Below the pieces are notes generated by a model. The model made no database searches. It had not been told where the DNA came from and was given only the letters and a program-made list of their open reading frames with translations. This document shows, piece after piece, positions 41,185-50,970 of a stretch of 59,501 nt of DNA; positions within the stretch are counted from its first letter, which is position 1; each line of letters opens with the position of its first letter. Both the position numbers and the translations under genes were made by a program. This DNA comes from Promethearchaeota archaeon (GTDB lineage Archaea > Asgardarchaeota > Lokiarchaeia > Sigyniarchaeales > SOKP01): NCBI GenBank assembly GCA_048938445.1, contig JBHLME010000008.1:1-59501 (forward strand), written 5' to 3'.

Positions 41185-41401
41185 GTTTATATGGTATTTT
41201 ATTTATGATAGCTTATTAAATTATATAATAAAAGATATGATTTATTCATAGTAAAACTTATGATAGATTTAAATTCTTTAAACTAATAAGTTAATAAGTT
41301 TATCTAATTGATCTCATCTCTTTTTTTATATCCTAACCATATTTTTTTAAGTTTAACTATTATTATTTTAAATATTGAATTATATTGTTAGGTGGAAAAA
41401 A

Positions 41402-42280
41402 ATGGTCCTAAGAAAAGCACATCTTGCAGGGGGATGGTATCCCGGAAGTCATGAAGGATTATTGAAAACATTAGAGGAATGTTTTAAAAATAAAGAATTT
41501 GGACCTGGGGAACTACCAACATGCTTAAATAAAAGCGAACGTAATATTATTGGTGCTGTATCTCCTCATGCTGGAATAAAATATTCTGGAGATTGCGCTG
41601 CTTTCAGTTATCTGAATTTATTCAAGGAAAAAATACCTGATACAGTTATTATAATCGGTTTTTATCATCGAGAATTCGGTCCAGATGCGATCTTTATTGA
41701 TGGTGAATGGGAAACACCAATAGGAAATATACCTATTGATAAGGATCTTGGTGAAATAATAATATCAAAAACAGATGTATTAGTCCCTAAAGAATCAGTA
41801 TTTATTCGAACTGATGAGAATAGCATAGAACTTCAAATGCCTTTCATAAAATATTGCGCTATGAACTTGAACAAGGAAACTAAAGTATTACCAATTAAAA
41901 TCATGACACATGACTTCGATAAATTAAATAAAATTTCTCAAGTGTTAGCAGATGTAATAAATTCATCGAATAAAGATATAACAGTAGTAGCCTCTTCTGA
42001 TATGAGCCATGAATCCATACAGAATGAAAAACAACTCAAGGAATTTAAAGATAGGGATCTTAGTATAATAAAGGAATTCGAAAAATTAAATCCCGAATCA
42101 ATAATAAAATTAGTTGGAAAAAAGAGTATATGTGGACTGCACACGATAACATTGCTAATTCTTACGTGTCAGAGATTAAATGCTTTAAAAGGTCAATTAA
42201 TGAAATATTATGCAAGTGCTGAAAAGTATGGTATTGGAGGATATTGCGTCGGATATTTTTCAGGTATAATTTCAAGATAG
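41402..42280 (+). CDS. MEMO1 family protein (AmmeMemoRadiSam protein B)
   Basis: AGGWYP, SPHAGIKYSG, WETPIG, ENSIELQMPF, ASSDMSH, SICG, VGY. Start at ATG 41402. Confidence 0.9.
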   Translation: MVLRKAHLAGGWYPGSHEGLLKTLEECFKNKEFGPGELPTCLNKSERNIIGAVSPHAGIKYSGDCAAFSYLNLFKEKIPDTVIIIGFYHREFGPDAIFIDGEWETPIGNIPIDKDLGEIIISKTDVLVPKESVFIRTDENSIELQMPFIKYCAMNLNKETKVLPIKIMTHDFDKLNKISQVLADVINSSNKDITVVASSDMSHESIQNEKQLKEFKDRDLSIIKEFEKLNPESIIKLVGKKSICGLHTITLLILTCQRLNALKGQLMKYYASAEKYGIGGYCVGYFSGIISR

Positions 42281-42386
42281 GTTTATTTATGACTAGAATA
42301 AAATTTTAGTAAAATATTAAAAATTAATCCAATATCTTTTTTCATATTATAAAAGTATAGAAATTTTTAAATTTTTTAACTGGAAT

Positions 42387-44294
42387 CTAAGTTATATCTA
42401 TTCTTTTGAGAAAAAAAGTCGCTACGGTTAAACAAATTACTGAGATGATTATAAGAATTAAACAAATCTCTGTAGGTGAGAAGTTTAGAGATATTATTTC
42501 AATATCAATTAATTGAGTTACTGAACTTGTTAAAGAACTTATTCCTCCCCCTGTATTAGAAATCCAAGACATTCCTAACTGTTCACCGTAATAGGAAAAC
42601 GATAAAAGAAGCGGCCATTCATTTCTGAAAAGTATAGGAAGGAAGCTAATAAAGGCAGGTATGACCATGAATAATAATATTGGAATGAATATTGCAAGAC
42701 CAGGCTTTTTAGATATCGAAGTTAATAACATTCCTATTGTGGTAATTGGAATTAATGTAATTATACCAATTATGAATACATAACCTCCAATAGAGAGAAT
42801 TTCCATTATATATGATTGCTCTACAAAGAAAATCCCGCTCAAAACAATTGAAATTGCTGATGACATCGACAATAAAATGACTATTAAGAGAAAAGTTAAT
42901 GTTTTTCCCCATAGAATTTCCCAGCGTCTTGCTGGTTTACTAAGAAACCATGATAACGAACCATTCTTTTTTGAATTAATAATTGAAGTAGCAGTAAAAA
43001 AGATTGAAAAGGCCATGCCAAAATATAAATAGAAAAAACTAAGAATCATACTAATCATCAATCGAATTGTATCAATCCCCAACATTCCAGATAGTTGTTT
43101 AATAGTACTAAATATTATAAGAAGAATGATTCCTGGAGCCGCTGAAATCCCCATGAATATTAGAATTTTAACTTTACTATCGATTAATTCTTTTTTAAAT
43201 ATTACAGGTAATGAACTAAAATATCCACGCTTTTGTTTATATCGTAATAACATTATAGGAACAAATACAGCCATACCTGCAATTAAAGCTCCAATCAAAA
43301 AGATTGGCCATTGAAATGCGGGATATTTAATTATCTCTATTGTTATTTCTGACGTGTAGTTATTTCCAAACTTATCAATAGATATTAAAGTAATATTATG
43401 CTCACCAGCGATTGGAATATCCATTATTAAGCTTCCGGAGTAAGTATCATGATATCCTGAACCGTCAATTTCAGCATATAATTGACCATCTAGTAATATT
43501 TGGAATGTAACATTCATGAATCCATCTATTATTGGATTGTCCCATCCTGTCCATGTGAAATTTATTGAATTTTCGGATGTCTGATATCCAAATCCCGTGA
43601 GCCCCAATTCAGCAATAATTGATTGGAAACCATATCCAATTGGACCCGTGATAATGTTAAAGGGTATGGCGAAATCACTCATAACTGTTATTGTTGAATT
43701 ATTAATTGATGTTCGAGATAATCCATACAAAGCAACAGTATTTATCAAAGAATTATTAATTAATACATCTCCTTCAATTCCAAAATCACTAAATCGAAGT
43801 AATGTACAATTAATTATTGTGAGGTTTGCAGAATTAAATTTCAACATTTTTGTTGAAGGACTTTGACATGAGGAAATTACCAAAGTAGAATGATCGCGGC
43901 CTTGAATATCACTTCCTATTGTTGAATTATTAATATTTACGTTTGAATTATCTGAACAAATAACATTTCCTGTAATATTAGAATTTGCACTAATAAAAAG
44001 AGTTCCGAAATCAATCACATAAATACTACCTTGAACTGTAGAATTAATTATATACACGGTTGCGCGTTCTCTAATCAATATTTCCTCATTTATAATTGTA
44101 TTTTGATGAGTAATATTATCAAATTCTTTATATTCAAGAGCTGTTTTTAATGGTAAATTTGAATTATTTTGGGGATTTTTATTAAGGTTTAGAAATATCG
44201 TAGTAACATTAAATAAAGAAAATGATAAGATGACTCCTAAAAAGATGGTGAGAAAAATTTTATGCTCTTTAATTATTTTCTTTAATTTATTCAC
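42387..44294 (-). CDS. ABC-2 type permease with large N-terminal beta-helix/Ig-like ectodomain
   Basis: C-half has IFKKEL and GSLSWFLSKPARRWEILWGK plus about 6 TMs. N-half has xxxINNS repeats and GEHNITLISIDKFGN. Confidence 0.82.
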   Translation of the reverse strand: MNKLKKIIKEHKIFLTIFLGVILSFSLFNVTTIFLNLNKNPQNNSNLPLKTALEYKEFDNITHQNTIINEEILIRERATVYIINSTVQGSIYVIDFGTLFISANSNITGNVICSDNSNVNINNSTIGSDIQGRDHSTLVISSCQSPSTKMLKFNSANLTIINCTLLRFSDFGIEGDVLINNSLINTVALYGLSRTSINNSTITVMSDFAIPFNIITGPIGYGFQSIIAELGLTGFGYQTSENSINFTWTGWDNPIIDGFMNVTFQILLDGQLYAEIDGSGYHDTYSGSLIMDIPIAGEHNITLISIDKFGNNYTSEITIEIIKYPAFQWPIFLIGALIAGMAVFVPIMLLRYKQKRGYFSSLPVIFKKELIDSKVKILIFMGISAAPGIILLIIFSTIKQLSGMLGIDTIRLMISMILSFFYLYFGMAFSIFFTATSIINSKKNGSLSWFLSKPARRWEILWGKTLTFLLIVILLSMSSAISIVLSGIFFVEQSYIMEILSIGGYVFIIGIITLIPITTIGMLLTSISKKPGLAIFIPILLFMVIPAFISFLPILFRNEWPLLLSFSYYGEQLGMSWISNTGGGISSLTSSVTQLIDIEIISLNFSPTEICLILIIISVICLTVATFFLKRIDIT

Positions 44295-45234
44295 TTTTCT
44301 CCTCTCTTCTAATTTCTTTTTTATTTATAGCTTTCAAAAAAATTTGCTCTATTTCAAATTCCGAGGATCGAAACTCGCTAACTGCTATATTGTTTTTTAA
44401 GGAGATATCTGCGATAGTCTGCCAAGCTTTTTCTAATTGGTCGGTCTCAAAAATCAATGCATTACTTTCTTCCGAAATAGTTAGCACGAGTGGTTCAAGA
44501 GATTTACGAAACATTTCATTATTTGGTTTAAGTCTTACTAATTTTCTACCTAATTTTTTATTTAACTCATCAAGAGAACCTTCCATGACAAGATGACCTT
44601 CATTGATGATTCCAATTGAATCAACATTCATTTTTTGAATTTCTGGAAGAACATGTGTAGATATAAAAATTGTTTTCCCTTCTTTGCGTAAATCATTGAT
44701 CAAATTAATCATAGCATTTCTTCCAAGAGGATCAAGATTAGAAGTGATTTCATCTAAAATAAGCAATTCAGGATCATTCATTAAGGCTTGAGCTATTCCA
44801 AATCTCTGTTTCATGCCAGCAGAATATTTTACAATTGCGCGATTTCTAGCTTCAGTTAAATTAACTAGTTTCAATAAATCTGAAATACGTTTGTCTATCT
44901 CTTGCTTAGACATATGAAAAATAGAACCAATATATCTTAGTAATTTGTCAGCGGTCATTCCTAGAAAATAAGTAGGATGTTCTGGGACATATCCTAAACG
45001 TTCATGAATACTCATATTTTTATTACCTGTAATGTCCTCTCCGAATATTTCAATATGCCCAGATGTTGGGAGGAGAGATCCTATAAGCATCTTTATTGTT
45101 GTAGTTTTTCCCGCTCCATTTGGTCCTAAAAATCCATAAATACCTTTTGAAATTTCTAAATTCAAATTATCAACTGCTAAAAGCTTTCCATACTTCTTAG
45201 TTAGGTTGAATGTTTGAATAATTGGAGTTTTCAT
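44287..45234 (-). CDS. ABC transporter ATP-binding protein
   Basis: GPNGAGKTT, YSAGMKQR, LLILDE, ISTH. Confidence 0.95.
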   Translation of the reverse strand: MKTPIIQTFNLTKKYGKLLAVDNLNLEISKGIYGFLGPNGAGKTTTIKMLIGSLLPTSGHIEIFGEDITGNKNMSIHERLGYVPEHPTYFLGMTADKLLRYIGSIFHMSKQEIDKRISDLLKLVNLTEARNRAIVKYSAGMKQRFGIAQALMNDPELLILDEITSNLDPLGRNAMINLINDLRKEGKTIFISTHVLPEIQKMNVDSIGIINEGHLVMEGSLDELNKKLGRKLVRLKPNNEMFRKSLEPLVLTISEESNALIFETDQLEKAWQTIADISLKNNIAVSEFRSSEFEIEQIFLKAINKKEIRREEKSE

Positions 45235-45556
45235 GATTAAAGATTATGGAATAATGATTCCTGTTTTTATACAAATTTTTTGTTTTTTATATTATTTATG
45301 GTAAATTATTTAAAAATTTATAGAATCTTATCAGTCTCTATTCCACCTATATAATTTTAGTATTCCTTTCATACTTCTTATATTATATATACAAGTCAAT
45401 TTAAACGTCTCTGTATTGCTATAATGCATTCTTACCATTTAATTTGTAATGGAAAAGATAATTCAAAAGATTTTCATATAAATATGTTTATAAATTAACA
45501 CAGTTAGTTACTTAATAGGAAATATCAATCGTATAAGATTATGGCATGACTTTAAA

Positions 45557-46336
45557 ATGTTAGAGAAACTCCAATATCATGAAATTGACAATTTCAATCA
45601 AGAAAGAATGCAAGAAATGATTGAAAACATCTTACATGACAATTTAGACTATAAAACAAGAGCTGTCAGATTAGGAAGAAGAATAATTAAAATAAACTAT
45701 TATGATCCAAAAGTTGCATATAATTTACAGGGAGATAATAAAATCTTAATATTGCAGGATCCTAATAAAAAGTGTCATGTGAACTTTCAAGGTAAGTTAG
45801 AACCGACTCAAATTTCAAATGTATGGAATGAAATAAAAAGAAAAATATCAAATTCTCAGATCATTACAGATCAAGAGAAAATTATACTTACAAGGGAGGA
45901 AGTGATCTATGAAATCATTGAAAAAATTGAAGGAAGGAAAATAAAAATAGATACTTTAAAAGTTTTAGATTATATTGGAGAATTCCAACAAAAATATCAG
46001 AGATTACCTTATAAGAATGAAATAGATCAAATTGTTAAAGAATATATTGGATCTCATGAAGTTGAAAAAAAAGTGGAACTTAAGATAGAGAAAAAAAAGA
46101 AGATTTCTCCAATAAAAAATAAAATTCTAACCCGGAACAAATCTGATAATACTTCAGGAAATATACTTGTTATTCCAAAACCCGTAGGTCGAAGGCTTTG
46201 TCCTCATTGTGGTAATGTTTCAACCTATAAAATTCATGAGAATATTGATAAAAGTTATATCTTATGTGCGTATCCACGAGTTTATGGTAAGAGGTATTAT
46301 TGTGATGGTTGTCGGGGTATGTGGCGTGAGAAATGA
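45557..46336 (+). CDS. Hypothetical protein with C-terminal zinc ribbon
   Basis: GRRLCPHCG...YPRVYGKRYYCDGC. Confidence 0.75.
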   Translation: MLEKLQYHEIDNFNQERMQEMIENILHDNLDYKTRAVRLGRRIIKINYYDPKVAYNLQGDNKILILQDPNKKCHVNFQGKLEPTQISNVWNEIKRKISNSQIITDQEKIILTREEVIYEIIEKIEGRKIKIDTLKVLDYIGEFQQKYQRLPYKNEIDQIVKEYIGSHEVEKKVELKIEKKKKISPIKNKILTRNKSDNTSGNILVIPKPVGRRLCPHCGNVSTYKIHENIDKSYILCAYPRVYGKRYYCDGCRGMWREK

Positions 46337-46509
46337 TTAGTTATTGTTATAATAGAAATTTATAATAAAGACTTTAAGCAACTTGTAACAAATATAAATC
46401 AAAATGTAAACTTATAAAAATAAATTTATCTAAAATACAATATAATAATCATTCTCTTCTTAATAACGATTTAAAATTTTAAATTTAAACCAAATAAATA
46501 GAAGAACAA

Positions 46510-47487
46510 TTGAGCCAAATGCCAAAGGAAAGCGATAATGTAAAGGGTTTTGCGGATATAATAAGTGAAAAAGCACATTCAGAAGGAGAACAATCAGTAA
46601 TAGGAGATTTCATAAAACGCATACAGAAAATTGAGGAAGAAAATACTAAATTAAGAAATACAATTAAACAAGATATTGAATTAATAGCAAAAACGGAAGA
46701 AATCGTAAAAAAAGCTATTATTGATAAACAAAATTTAGAAAAAGGGATATCTGAAAAAGATAAAGAGCTTAAAAGAAAAGATGCAGAAATTTCACTGCTG
46801 AAAATTGAATCAACAATGCCCTTACCTGATAAACCTCGTTCTCAAGAATTATTATCTCAAAGTGATCTTCAGGTTAATCAATCTTTAATTGAAGATTTAC
46901 AAGAACAATTAGAACTTAAGAAAAAACAAATTATGTCTTTCCAAAATACTATCAAGAATAATGAATCAAGAATCGAAGAATTAGAAAAAGTAAATGAATC
47001 TTTAACAGGCCAATCAATATCAAGAGGAACAAGTGGATCAGATCGTTCTGGTTCTCAATTAGCTTCACTCGTGCAAGATCTTCAAACTGAAATCAACCGT
47101 TATAAAAGCAATATTAGCAGGTTAAAGGCAGAAAATGAAGAACTCAAAGATGCTATTAAAAAGGGTGGAAAAACGCTTGAGAATGAAGCCATTAAGCAAC
47201 TAACTATTGAAAATGAATCTCTTTCGAATCAACTTTCAGATATGGAACAGATAAAAAGTAAAAAAGATAAAAAAGAAAAATTAAAAGAACTTTATCAAAA
47301 AATAGCAGAAAAAGACCATCTGATTGAACGATTGGTAAAATTAACTGAAAAGGAGGATTCAGAGCCAGCTGGAGAAGCAGCAGCTCCTGTCTCGGGATTG
47401 GTTGAAGAATTACAAAATAAAATCAATAAATTAAGCCTTGCTTTGAAAGAAAAAGATAGTATAATTTCTAAGCTTAAAGGAAAATAA
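46510..47487 (+). CDS. Segmented coiled-coil protein
   Basis: Heptad-rich segments separated by Ser/Pro/Gly linkers, almost no aromatic residues. Confidence 0.78.
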   Translation: MSQMPKESDNVKGFADIISEKAHSEGEQSVIGDFIKRIQKIEEENTKLRNTIKQDIELIAKTEEIVKKAIIDKQNLEKGISEKDKELKRKDAEISLLKIESTMPLPDKPRSQELLSQSDLQVNQSLIEDLQEQLELKKKQIMSFQNTIKNNESRIEELEKVNESLTGQSISRGTSGSDRSGSQLASLVQDLQTEINRYKSNISRLKAENEELKDAIKKGGKTLENEAIKQLTIENESLSNQLSDMEQIKSKKDKKEKLKELYQKIAEKDHLIERLVKLTEKEDSEPAGEAAAPVSGLVEELQNKINKLSLALKEKDSIISKLKGK

Positions 47488-47531
47488 ACTCCAAAAGCAT
47501 TAAATCATTGTTATATTGTAAATAAACATAA

Positions 47532-48536
47532 ATGAGAAATAAAATCAATAAAATATTTTCTATATTATTTATAGGACATTTCTCAAAAGATTCAATTATA
47601 AAAAACAATATACAATATGAACCTACAATTGGAGGAAGTATCTCATTTGGGTCTTTAAGCTTGAAGACTTATGCAAGAAAAATAAATGTTCGAATCGTTT
47701 CTAATTGTGGTAATAAAAATTTTAGTCCTTCGTTATTAGATCTTTTAAGAAAAAAAGAAATTGATCTTAAAGGGATTAAATGGTTCAATACAGAAAATAC
47801 ATCTTTTATATTGGAATATTTTAGTAATTCAAGAACATTAACTTTAAAATCAAAAAGTCCAAACTTGAATTTTTTAGATATCCCCGAAAGTTATTTACAC
47901 AATCCTCCAGATGCAATTATCATTGCTCCTTTATGTAATGAAGTTTCAGGTGATTACATAGAGACCATTTTAAAACAATTTCCAGATGCTCTAATTGGAA
48001 TTGATTTACAAGGATTTATACGGAAATTTAATGAAAAAGGAGAGGTATTTTATGCTTCAGATAAAGATCTTATTAATTATATATATAAAATAATAGATCT
48101 TGTTGGAGAGCGATTAATTTTAAAAGGTTCTGAGATTGAAATGAAACTTTTAGCTGGTAATGGGGACGATTTAAATAAAATCATGTCAAAATTTGATAAT
48201 TCTAAATTAAAAGGATTATTCATAATGACTTTAGGAGAAGCAGGTTCCATGTTAATAAAATCTAGAAAAAAAATACTAAAAATTCCTGCTTTCAAACCTA
48301 AAGTTGTAAAAGATGAAACGGGTGCTGGTGATGTCTATTTAGCAATTTTCATCTATGAATATTTAAACTCTGATAAAACTTGGCCTTCTGTAAAAAAATG
48401 TGCACTTCTAGCATCCTCAGCAGCATCTTTTCTCGTGGAAGAGATTGGACCTTCAGGTATTAAAAAAAAGAAGAAAGTATTATATAGATTAAATAAGAAA
48501 AACTACATTAAAAGAGGTAATTTAAATTCATATTAA
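47532..48536 (+). CDS. PfkB family carbohydrate kinase
   Basis: GHFSKD, IGGS, IDLQGFIR, TLGEAGS, DETGAGDVY. Confidence 0.9.
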   Translation: MRNKINKIFSILFIGHFSKDSIIKNNIQYEPTIGGSISFGSLSLKTYARKINVRIVSNCGNKNFSPSLLDLLRKKEIDLKGIKWFNTENTSFILEYFSNSRTLTLKSKSPNLNFLDIPESYLHNPPDAIIIAPLCNEVSGDYIETILKQFPDALIGIDLQGFIRKFNEKGEVFYASDKDLINYIYKIIDLVGERLILKGSEIEMKLLAGNGDDLNKIMSKFDNSKLKGLFIMTLGEAGSMLIKSRKKILKIPAFKPKVVKDETGAGDVYLAIFIYEYLNSDKTWPSVKKCALLASSAASFLVEEIGPSGIKKKKKVLYRLNKKNYIKRGNLNSY

Positions 48537-49116
48537 TATTCACATTGCTGTAGGTTTAATAATAGCTTCAATTTTTCATCATATTTTTGGATTTGATATA
48601 TTTCAATTCATGTTTATTGTAGTATGTGCTTTTGTAGCAGATTTTGATATAATTTTTTTAAAATTTACAAAAGAAGATAACCATAGAATGTTTTTTTCTC
48701 ACTCCATTTTTCCAAGTTTGATATTATTCGTAAGTGGAATTTTATTTAATTCTTATTTCTTGAATATTTGTGGAGTAGCATGTCTTTCACATGTATTTAT
48801 TGACACTATTGATTGGGGCACAAATGTATTTTTCTTTAAAAGAAAAATAATTGGATTCAAATTCTTAATAACAAAAGAAGAATTTGATAATATAGAGAGC
48901 TATCTAGTTAAATATAAAGTAGCTAGATCCTTTTTTGATTTCAGGTATTATCAAAGTAAGTTAATGATGACTTTAGAAATAGGATTTTTCTTAGCTATGA
49001 TGGTTTTTATGATATCTTTCTCATTAGTATTTATTTTGATGATAATGTTATATTTTATTGGATTTGTACTACATCTATTTACCCATTATCGATTAAAGGC
49101 TATTGAGGAAACTTAA
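48526..49116 (+). CDS. Membrane metal-dependent hydrolase (YdjM/DUF457-like), probable ATT start
   Basis: Frame is open from 48526 (IHINIHIAVG), supplying the N-terminal His. Also ADFD, HRMFFSHS, SHVFID. Confidence 0.75.
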   Translation: MHINIHIAVGLIIASIFHHIFGFDIFQFMFIVVCAFVADFDIIFLKFTKEDNHRMFFSHSIFPSLILFVSGILFNSYFLNICGVACLSHVFIDTIDWGTNVFFFKRKIIGFKFLITKEEFDNIESYLVKYKVARSFFDFRYYQSKLMMTLEIGFFLAMMVFMISFSLVFILMIMLYFIGFVLHLFTHYRLKAIEET

Positions 49117-50099
49117 TCTCCAATTCCATCTTCTTTAATAGTAAAAATAGCCTCATCCTCAGGTAAGTGAGGTGCATCTATGATCTTGGCTACACGTTGG
49201 TCGCCTTTTCCTTTTCTTAAATATATCCGTATAGTTGCTCCATGTGCTATGATATTACCTCCCGTATGTGTCAATGGATTTCCATAGAATACATCAGGTT
49301 TAGCAGATACTTGATTTGTAAAAATAACTGCTAATTCATCATATATTTCAGTTAAACGTAATAGATCATGAATATGACTATTTAAGACCTGCTGTCGTGT
49401 AGCTAACGTACCTCTCCCTATATATTCACTACGAAAATGCGTTATTATGGAATCAATAACAATCAATTTTATATTTTTTTCATCTATGAGCTTTGGAGTC
49501 TCTCGAATTAAAAGGACTTGATGATTACTGTTATAAGCTCTTCCAATCGTTATATTTTTAAGGACTTCATTATAATCTAAGTCTTTTCCTTCAGCCATTT
49601 GAATGATCCTTTCAGGTCGAAAAGTACCTTCTGTATCGACATATAAGGCATTTCCTTTAAGACCACCTTCTTCATAGGGTAATTGAACATTTACACAGAG
49701 TTGATGGGCTAATTGTGTTTTACCTGTTCTATATTCACCAAAAAGCTCAGTTAAAGCCCCAGGCTCTATACCTCCAGATAAAATATCGTCCAAATTAACA
49801 CTTCCAGTATGAATCCTATTTAATTGTTTTCTTTTTTCCCATATTTCTTCAGCAGATTTAAAACCCAATTTTTCCATATCTTGGGCTGCTTTAATAATTT
49901 TATTAGCTGTTTTTTCCCCAATTCCCGCATCAATAAGTTTAGAGATTGGAGACATAGCAAGAGCTTTAACAGAAAGGATTCCCTCCTCTTTCAGCTTTTC
50001 TAAAGTGACATCTCCTATTCCTGGAAGATCTTTCAATTCGAATGATGATTTTAGTTCATTATTATTATTATTAGATGATTGGATTGATTTTTTAGCCAT
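49113..50099 (-). CDS. radA: DNA repair and recombination protein RadA
   Basis: N-terminal HhH (LPGIG), GEYRTGKTQLAHQL, DTEGTFRPERI, FRSEYIGRGTLATRQQ, IDAPHLP. Confidence 0.96.
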   Translation of the reverse strand: MAKKSIQSSNNNNNELKSSFELKDLPGIGDVTLEKLKEEGILSVKALAMSPISKLIDAGIGEKTANKIIKAAQDMEKLGFKSAEEIWEKRKQLNRIHTGSVNLDDILSGGIEPGALTELFGEYRTGKTQLAHQLCVNVQLPYEEGGLKGNALYVDTEGTFRPERIIQMAEGKDLDYNEVLKNITIGRAYNSNHQVLLIRETPKLIDEKNIKLIVIDSIITHFRSEYIGRGTLATRQQVLNSHIHDLLRLTEIYDELAVIFTNQVSAKPDVFYGNPLTHTGGNIIAHGATIRIYLRKGKGDQRVAKIIDAPHLPEDEAIFTIKEDGIGD

Positions 50100-50210
50100 A
50101 ATGGTTATTTTTAATACTTTTAATTTGAATATTATTTATATATTACAAACTAAGTATATATAATATTAATATTATTAATGAAAGAAAAAAAAAATGATTT
50201 TTTTTTTATT

Positions 50211-50894
50211 TCAACCGCTTTTCGTAATAACTAACAATAAAATAAAAAGGATAACACACATTAAAAATGCTAATACCCACATTGCAGGACCTGGAAGCCA
50301 GATAAATCCTAGAAATAGAAATGGTAAATAAAAGATAATAGAAATTACTACAATTACGGGTAAAGGTACTTCTTCATCTTTGATATCTAATATCAATGGG
50401 ATTATTGCTAATAATACCATCAATGTTGCTGCAACTTGAAAACCTACTCTAATACTTGGAGAAGTTTCAAGATGTACGTTGGGTAAGAAGAAAAACCACA
50501 GTGGTTCAAGAGTAGGATCATTAAGGTAAAGTAGAGGTATCGCATTAGGAAGTATTGCTGAAATAATTAATTGAACGAACATTCCAAGCAACAAAAATAG
50601 GATAATATCATCAAATTCTTTACTCTTGCGATATACAAAAATCAAATCACGCAATAAGCACACATCTAATAATATAAACCAGACTAGAAACACTGTCATG
50701 GAATTAATACTGTAGAATATACTTCCATAAACTGAAGTTAATCCCCATAAATAATTAATAGGAAGGAGTATTACTAAGTAAGCTAAGTATGAATATTTCT
50801 CGTTTCTTTTGAATAAATCAAAGAATAGGAATACACCAAATATCACAAAAAACGTCGCAAGCAAAATTATATAATATACGTCCAAGTCAGCCAT
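50211..50894 (-). CDS. Multi-pass membrane protein
   Basis: About 7 hydrophobic segments, no recognised motif. Confidence 0.75.
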   Translation of the reverse strand: MADLDVYYIILLATFFVIFGVFLFFDLFKRNEKYSYLAYLVILLPINYLWGLTSVYGSIFYSINSMTVFLVWFILLDVCLLRDLIFVYRKSKEFDDIILFLLLGMFVQLIISAILPNAIPLLYLNDPTLEPLWFFFLPNVHLETSPSIRVGFQVAATLMVLLAIIPLILDIKDEEVPLPVIVVISIIFYLPFLFLGFIWLPGPAMWVLAFLMCVILFILLLVITKSG

Positions 50895-50970
50895 AATTCT
50901 TCAACATTAAATAAGTTATTATTTTTTTTAATTAATAATATTATATGATATCATACATTTAAAATTACAT

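Noticed and set aside
50060-50075. (AAT)n microsatellite in radA 5' end
   Set aside because: Short poly-Asn in a variable N-terminal tail; common in AT-rich genomes.
33995-50099. Inteins in AtpA or RadA
   Set aside because: Both are normal length with contiguous motifs.
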